Both the position numbers and the translations under genes were made by a program. From the NCBI RefSeq assembly GCF_009914755.1, contig NC_060942.1: a DNA stretch of 64,000 nt. The stretch is one strand, 5' to 3'. The stretch's first letter is position 1. The number at the start of each line of letters is the position of its first letter. The stretch is from the human T2T-CHM13v2.0 reference genome, Homo sapiens. Below are positions 56,105 through 64,000 of this stretch, piece by piece. The notes below the pieces were generated by a model, which was not told where the DNA came from, made no database searches, and worked only from the letters and a program-made list of their open reading frames with translations.

Positions 56105-56330
56105 ATAGGGTGACATGGCACTGTCATTTAGTCTGAAAGCCTGGGTTCAATTTTCCAGTCTTAGTTGTCACTTCCTAATGCCAAATCACTTATATCTCTG
56201 AACCTTGGAGACTTGGGCTGCAAATCTGTATAATATAGATAAGGATATATGTGTTATACCTTTCCCTTGGTTCTTGCATGAATTACATTGAGAGGATCTG
56301 TGTGAATGTACTTTCAACTCTTATATACAC
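56105..56330 (+). mobile_element. MIR
   Basis: gcctgggttcaatt...aaatcacttatatctctgaacctt...atctgtataat. Confidence 0.65.
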
Positions 56331-56476
56331 TGCCAATAGAAGACATTGCTAGTGAGTCTTAATTCACACTAAATAGTCCATCTTTATTTTCCTGGAGAAG
56401 TTAACTTTCATCGTTCTCATATTTATTAGATTTTATTCAGTGAAACGTTTCAGTGCTAAAGTCAAGTTCTCTCTAA

Positions 56477-57100
<624 letters not shown>

Positions 57101-57148
57101 TATTTTCTCTAAATTTTCGATTGATTTCTTCATTGTAAGCCACGTTTA

Positions 57149-58895
57149 CTTTTTTTTTTTTTTTTTTCAGAGCCAGCTGAGGTTTTATTTTGAAAAAAAA
57201 AAAAAAATTGAATTGTTTTGTAGCTGGGGGCATGGGCAAGAGGGGTACCCCAGGCAGTAAACTCCCCTACGGGTGGGCTGAGGGCGAGGGCTAAGCCTCA
57301 GGTGGGTCTCCTGTTCCCTGTGCTCTCCTGCACAGCAGCCTTTCTCATGGACTCTGGGACAGCCGCAGGAAGGGTAGGCTGACGGGGGCGCTGCCATGGC
57401 TGTTCACTTGGGCAGGACATCAGAGGACTCAGGCACTAGCTTCTTATTGCAGGTCTCGATCTTCTTCACAACCACAGCCCTGGTGGAGCTGATGCAGCTG
57501 AAGGAGCTGGAGCCCGTGCCAGAGCTAATGCTGGAGCCCAGGCCGGGGCTTGTGAGGCCCTCATAAGCTGAGCTCAGCCCACCAGCATGGCCACTGCTGG
57601 TCTTCGTATGGATACTCATTTTCTGCATCCCAGACTCCAGCTGGCTCTCCTCGCCCTCCAGCAGCTTCCTGTAGGTGGCGATCTCAATGTCCAGGGCCAG
57701 CTTAATGTTCATCAGCTCCTAGTACTCACGCAGCTGCCATGCCATATCCTGCTTGGCCTGCTACAGGGCGGCCTTCAGCTCGGACAGCTTGGTGTTGGCA
57801 TCCTTAACGACCAGCTCCCCGAGCTGCTCGGCATCTGCGATGGCGGCCTCCAGGAAAGCCCTCAGGCGTTTGAGGCCCTCAGTCTCAGCCTGGAGTTGGC
57901 TCATGTTCCAATTCATCTCGGAGATCTCCGTCTTTGCAGGACGCGGGTCATCCCTGTGCTTCCCAGCCAGCGTCTGCAGCTCCTCATGCTTGATCTGGTA
58001 CATGCTCTCAGCCTCAGCCTGGCTGCGGTTGGCAATCTCCTTGTACTGTGCCTTGACCTCAGAGATGATACTGTCCATGTCCAGGGAGCAGCTGTTGTCC
58101 ATGGACAGCACCACAGGTGTGTCCGGAACTGCAGCTCCCGGATCTTCTCTTCATACAGCGGCCTGAGAAAGTTGATCTCGTCAGTCAGCCCTTCCAGGCG
58201 AGACTCCAGCTCTACCTTGTTCATGTAAGCTTCATCCGCATGAACGGATGGGGACAAATTCATTCTCTATCTCTATAGGCTTATTGATCTCATCCTCATA
58301 CTTGTTCTTGAAGTCCTCCACCAGCCCCTGCATGTTGCCAAGCTCCGCCTCCAGCTTCAGCTTCTCCTGGCCCAGTGTCTCCAGCTGCCACCCAAGGTTG
58401 TTGATGTAGCTCTGGAACATGTTGTCCATGTTGCTCTGAGCTGTCTTCTGCTGCTGCAGGAGGCTCCACTTGGTCTCCAGCATCTTGTTCTGCTGCTCCA
58501 GGAACCGTACCTTGTTGATGAAGGAGGCAAACTTGTTAAGGGTCTTGATCTGCTCTTTCTCCTGGATGCACATGCCCTGGTTGTTGGGGTCCACCTCCAG
58601 GTTCAGCAGGCTCTGGTTGACCGTGATGTCAGTGATGGTCCCATACTGCTGGCCAGCCATAGCATCTGCCCAGGCCACCCGTGAAGCTGCTGCTGCCCAC
58701 TCAGGAGAAGCTCGAGGAGCTGATAGGGCACCAGGCCCACTCGTGTAAGAGTGGCTGCTGAAGGCCAGGGGGCAAGAGGTGGACACCTTGTAGGACTTCT
58801 GGGTCACCCTGATGGAAATGGTGGAGGCAGGAGTGGAGGTGGGCAGGCTGAACCAGGCAGAGATTCGAGAAGGAGTGGAGAAGCTGCTTCTAGGT
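57149..58895 (-). pseudogene. KRT8P: Keratin 8 processed pseudogene (intronless, with 5'UTR, CDS remnant 57404-58819, 3'UTR and poly-A); locus number not determinable
   Basis: Translations [10 protein letters not shown]..., [40 protein letters not shown] and ...ESSDVLPK* match KRT8. Start ATG>ATT, frameshifts, and TAG stops at about 57761 and 57721. AATAAA and poly-A at 57150-57167; TSD ccacgttta at 57140-57148 and 58896-58904. Confidence 0.96.
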
Positions 58896-59717
58896 CCACG
58901 TTTAAATCTTAAACCCAGAAATATCTGCTTGAGAAATGAGCTAAGCTAAAGTTTAGAGGTTTAATGACTATAATTTCTTTATAGTAAATGACTCAGGACA
59001 GTAACTTAATCAGCAAGATTTATGATCCACTTAAAACACATGTGGCTTTGTTCATCATTTCTAGGGAAACATGATTATTAAATCTGATAACATTTGCATA
59101 TGTAAACTATTATAATTAGGTAAAATTTTCCTCCTTCTCATTCTAAAGGGCATTCACCAGAAGTACTAAGGAAGATTAAACTGTCAGATATAAGTTACAT
59201 CATAAAATATATGTAAATTAAGTTGTTCAGTATTTTGTTTTGAACATATAACAAGGACTCACTAATAGAAAAAAATGTTAATAGAAATAAAGAGATAAAC
59301 TTTAGCAAAGGAAAAAAGTGAGAATCAACATGAAAATTTTTAAAATATGAAGAATTAACATCTAGAATTTTCATTGATATTGAGAAATATCAATGAAATG
59401 GTCTCAAACTACCAAAACCCAAAGGTCAAGGTTATGTACATGACTTTGGGGCACATTTTACAGGCAGAATAGAACATGGATCAAAATTGGATCAGAATAA
59501 TGGCTGATCCTAGAAGTCAAAATGATTTGGTTACCAAAATCTAGCAAACAGAAATGATCAGCAATATTCCAACTCTAAAAAGTTTCTTATTGGCAAACCC
59601 AATATTAATGTATTAGGAAACAGGGACATGCAGGAAGTAGTCAAATGAGAAATCATTCCAGAAACTCAGATAAGCATCAGGGCATCTGGAGTAGAAACAG
59701 GAATTAAGAAAATCTGG

Positions 59718-60155
59718 GTGCATCAGTTAGAATTAGATTCAGCTTCATAGAATAGATAACTTCAATAAAAAAGTAGTTTAAACATAATAAAAGTTGATCT
59801 GTTTCACTTTTTTTTTTTAACAAAAAAGCACAAATATAGGCAATTCAGGACTATTATGAGTAATCCACAAAGTTATCAGTTTATTCTATCTCATCCTCCC
59901 TAGGAAAAGACTCTTGTCTTAATGGTTACAAATGACTGCTGGAGCTTCAGCCATCACACAAGCATTTCAGGACATAAGGTAGATAATAAGAACAGAGTTC
60001 CTTCTCTATTTAAGGACTCTTCCCAGAAACTACACAAAACATACTCAGTTTCATTTTATTAGACAAAGTGCAGTCATATGGCAACACATTTGCAAGGCAA
60101 ACTGGGAAATATGCCCAGTTAAACTTAGGGGAAAATGGATATTAGGAGGCAAAGG
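59718..60155 (-). mobile_element. MLT1 (MaLR, MLT1J/K-like) solo LTR
   Basis: aaatgactgctggagcttcagccatcacacaagcatttcagg...agtcatatggcaacacatttgcaaggcaaactgggaaat...ggatattaggaggcaa. Confidence 0.75.
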
Positions 60156-62295
60156 GCAAACAAATTTAAAATCTGGTTCTGCCATATTCCAGGCTATAAT
60201 CCCTGCAGCACTGTTTCTCTGAGCATGAATGAGAGTAAAAGGCTGACATTCCTGATAGGATGTCTTTGATAACTTGGGCAATTCCTCCTCAGTCCAATGG
60301 TTTATAAACATACCCTGTTAAGCAGAGGGTTAATTTTAGAATATGAGAATCTTAGGACCTACAAGTCAGAGAATGTGTATGAAAGAGAATGATGAGAGGA
60401 TAGAGAAATATCCAAGTCTGGAGAAAAAGAAGAAAAAGAATTAATAAATGACAAAGATAGAGATGGAGGATAGGAAGGGAGCGAGGGAGGAAAAAGTAGA
60501 TTCAAAGAATTTAAAAGGATGAGTGAATATGGAAAAGGAAAAAAGCAAGATGAAAAAAAAATGCATGTACCACTTTGCCTGTGAAGTATTGCTGCCTTCA
60601 GCTCATTCTCTGTCACTATCCACATGGCTGGGAATATTATTCCGTTATAGGCAATGCATGAGTTTACATAGACATAAAATAATTTAAAATGAAAATGACC
60701 ATGGAAGTTTTGTGATTCATTTGGAAGAGAAATTTCAAGCATTTCATTTCTTATGAAAAAGAACACTGCAGCTCCCCAGTCTTATGACAGATATCTTTGT
60801 GTGCTGGGTCTGACCTGGCAGTCAAGCAGGACAATCTAAAATATACAGTGAGAGGGAAGAAAATGAAAGAAAGAATAAAGGAAATGGAGCAATTACATTT
60901 TTATCTCATGTAAAATCTGCAATAATCGCTGTAATCTAAAAGCTTTTAGGTCTAAGTTTTGTTTGATGGCTGGATTTGCACTGACACTTGTAGAGAAACG
61001 AGAAGTAATACATCCTCCTTCCTGGTACTGGTTGGATGCAGAATAAAACTCCCAGGCAATTTTGGCACTTCTGGTGTTCAGGCCGTGAGTAAATTACTTG
61101 CAACATCTTAGACCATTAGAATGATTACAGCAGACTGTAATACACAGTAATAGAAGGCCTAGGGCTGTAAAATTCCTTGATAATGTTTAGTTATGTGCCA
61201 CTCTGTAGTACCTAGAAATAATTAAGAGAGTTAGTGAGAAAGGACAACTAGTAGTTGGATAGCTATCTCCAATTCAATGAATCAGAGACAGGGTGGATTT
61301 CAACAACTGTAACTGTTCTTAAGACTTTCTATTATGAAACTACCAAGAAAAAGATCACAACCTTCTTTTCTTGGTATTTTCCTTAGAAGGGTCTAAATGA
61401 GATGTTTAAATACAATTCCTCTTCAGATCCTAACTAAACCAAGCATTCTGGATGTGGCAGAAATAAAGAAAAGAGCCCTTAAACTCTTTATTGAATGCTT
61501 TACATTCAATAAAGGGCTTAAGGCCCAGTGGTAAGCTTTGAGAATACACAGTCAGTGAGATGGACTGGGCATCCATGCAAAGTGCTTGAAGTCCTATACC
61601 TTGACTTATACCCATGTATTAATATATGGATGGAAAGAACATGAATATGTGGCTCTATGGTCAGGAAATCAAGGGAAATTTGTGGGGAACTGGAAGTCAC
61701 TGTCATTGAAAATCTGAAGGGAATGGAAACCCGGATATCTCCTGAATCTAAAACCTACCAAGGCAAAAGTTTTGGGAGGTGCTTTTATCATTACTCCATC
61801 TACTCTCCTGGAAACTGGAATCTCTGTTCAGTCTAGATGGCAAGGGCTGGTCCAGATTTGAAAATGATATCTTGGACTTAGTTGAGGTTATCTGCAGTCA
61901 TTTTCACTATGTTTCATTCAGCAAGTAATGCAAATGATATCGTCTCAATCCAGGATATTGCTGGGCCAGTGGATGGCTGCCAGTGCTATCCTTCCGCTTG
62001 TAGAGGAAAGCCCAATGTTTCAAGACCTCTTCAACCTGCAGTGAGGAAGGAATGCACCAGTTCAGAGCAAAAGGTGGGCTCATTTCCATCCATACAGTTT
62101 TAGGATAGGGCAAAGGGCAGAGAATAGGCACCTCAGCCTAGATCATCTATATCTGACATCCAGGTTCTGGATTCATAACTTCTTGTTAAGCCAGTTTACC
62201 TCACCTAGTATTTTTTCTTTTTTGAAAATCAGGAATCAAAGTTTCAGTGTGTCAGATTTGGTCCTGGCTTTCTACAATGTACTCCTAGGCTGAAG

Positions 62296-62399
62296 TCATA
62301 AGAAGGGATCATCTCTAATTTTTATCCAATTTCTAACAATTCCAAGTTCATAAGAAGGGATCATGTTTTATTCTCAACCAATTTCTAACAATTCCAAGT
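62296..62399. repeat. 52-bp tandem duplication (2 copies)
   Basis: tcataagaagggatcat-N13-ccaatttctaacaattccaagt occurs twice. Confidence 0.9.
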
Positions 62400-63289
62400 G
62401 ATATATATACGGGCATTGTCTCTTCAAAATGATATTAGCATATTCATTTCTGTATTCTAAAATATTAAAATGTAAAAATAACACATATATAACAGGTGAC
62501 ATTATGAATGTTAATGCTAACCCTCCCACTGCCAAAAATCTACCTTTAAAACTAACATCATACAGGAACATTCTGTTTTATATATATTCCCTCAGCCGAA
62601 TCTTGTGCAGACAGTGCTTCAGTTGCAAGCAGATCCTGAAACAATTGTGAATCTGGATGCATTTCATGCTTTACCCCTAAGTTTACTTGTATTTGTGCTG
62701 CCCCCTGTAGGCGAGTTTTCAAGCACTGACAGTTGGTTAAACTCACTAAAAACCTCACTGTTAAGGATCTCAAGCAACTTGTGGGGATTATCATTACAAA
62801 TCTCAGGTTGAAAATTGATCAATAACATTACCACTTGGAACCATAGCACTTACAGTATGACCATGTGATTCTTCCACCTCAGCCTGACAATATCATATTC
62901 TCCAGAGAAATAAGAGGCTGCCAAAGATTTCACCTTCTGCAATTTTGTCATAGCAATCTTCTCCTGTCTCTGTTTCCTATTTTGTGTTTTGTGGTTTCTC
63001 TGAAATTCCCCCTTACTCCACATCTTTCGACTCCTGATTTCTTATCATTGTTGTGACAACAGCTTGCATTTGTATAATGTCTCTTTCTTCTGCAAAACAG
63101 AAAACACAGAAATTATGTGTAAATCTCCAAGAATTCTTGCAACATCATCCATCTGATATGGGGGCAATGAAGAAAAAAAAAAAACAGAAAAACTGAAATT
63201 ATTTGCTCAAGATGGTGCCATAAGAAGCATTCGCTCCCAGAGCCCAAAAGATGTGTGGTGAATAGGAGGCAAACCCTTGCACAGGGGCT

Positions 63290-63480
63290 CAGGGGGCCAG
63301 GTTCCTATATTGCCCCATTAACTATTTAATCTCTCAGAGCTAATTTCCCTTAAGTAAAAAAAGACAAATTCTCATCTGCCCACCATATACCAATATGGAT
63401 AAAGGTAATAACTATGTAGAAAAAAGGTTTGCAAACCTTTGAGTGATATAAATATGAGCTATTACTGTTTGTAAATATTG
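63290..63480 (+). mobile_element. MIR
   Basis: ctatttaatctctcagagctaatttcccttaagtaaaa resembles the MIR core. Confidence 0.55.
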
Positions 63481-63841
63481 CACCCAAGAATTAAAGATGA
63501 TTTAAGTTTTTCCATGTTGTATGTAAAATCTAAGAGCATCTGCAACAGTTGTCCTTCAGAGAAAGGCAAAAAAAAAAAAAAAGCCGTCGTCTTTTTCACA
63601 TGTATCCATTTCGTTAAATAATTAATTCAAATCATACATATTCCTTTATACACCAATCCAGTTACGCTTTCAAAAAACTTTGATCACTTCTATCAATTTG
63701 TCCTCGTGATATATTTCCTTTGGAAATTTACAAACACACAATGCACAATGTATTTTTCTCTCAGCAGTTTGTTCTGAAAGGCTACTCAAGATTTTAACCA
63801 TTTTATCTCTTTTATTTATAAGTGTGTCCCGTTACCATATA

Positions 63842-64000
63842 CAGTCACATGTTGCTTAATGATAGCATACATTCTGAGAAATGCATTTTTACAGAATTTT
63901 ATTATTTCACAAACATCATGAAGGATATTTACAGAAACCTAGAGGGTGTGGTCTATTGCTCCTAAGCTACAAACCTATACAGCATGTTACTGTACTAAAT
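63842..64000 (+). mobile_element. Tigger3/MER7A-like DNA transposon, 5' part
   Basis: ta|cagtcacatgttgcttaatgat...ttctgagaaatgc...ctattgctcctaagctacaaacctatacagcatgttactgtact; TA target followed by a cagtc TIR. Confidence 0.8.

Noticed and set aside
57587-58228. 213-aa ORF on the + strand
   Set aside because: Antisense shadow of the GC3-rich keratin coding sequence; no recognisable protein.
57404-58819. Functional KRT8 retrogene
   Set aside because: Start codon lost (ATT), several frameshifts and in-frame TAG stops.
62296-62399. CRISPR-like repeat-spacer pattern (also considered for 15402-15618)
   Set aside because: Eukaryotic DNA, only 2-3 units, related 'spacers' and no cas genes.

Overview
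Primate (most likely human) AT-rich, repeat-dense intergenic or intronic DNA. No intact protein-coding gene is visible. Roughly two thirds of the window is transposon-derived: L1 elements of many ages (5'-truncated L1PA2/3, full-length but dead L1PA5/6, L1PA4, L1PA16/L1PB-like, L1MA, L1MC/ME), about 11 Alus, L2, MIR, CR1/L3, LTR16- and MLT1-like LTRs, and Tigger3/MER5A DNA transposons. A disabled KRT8 processed pseudogene lies on the minus strand at about 57.15-58.9 kb. I see no evidence of a new multi-gene system. The signals worth following up are mechanistic fossils and one candidate exon: (1) a half-Alu plus a full-length L1 enclosed by one 19-bp TSD; (2) an L1PA4 inserted antisense into an old L1 and 5'-truncated at the position homologous to its own target site; (3) a 62-bp inverted duplication 1.2 kb apart; (4) a trimeric Alu made by a perfect 135-bp duplication; (5) a candidate 22-nt microexon; (6) several templated insertions and slippage structures. 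Subfamily names come from my memory of consensus sequences, and boundaries of old repeats are approximate.
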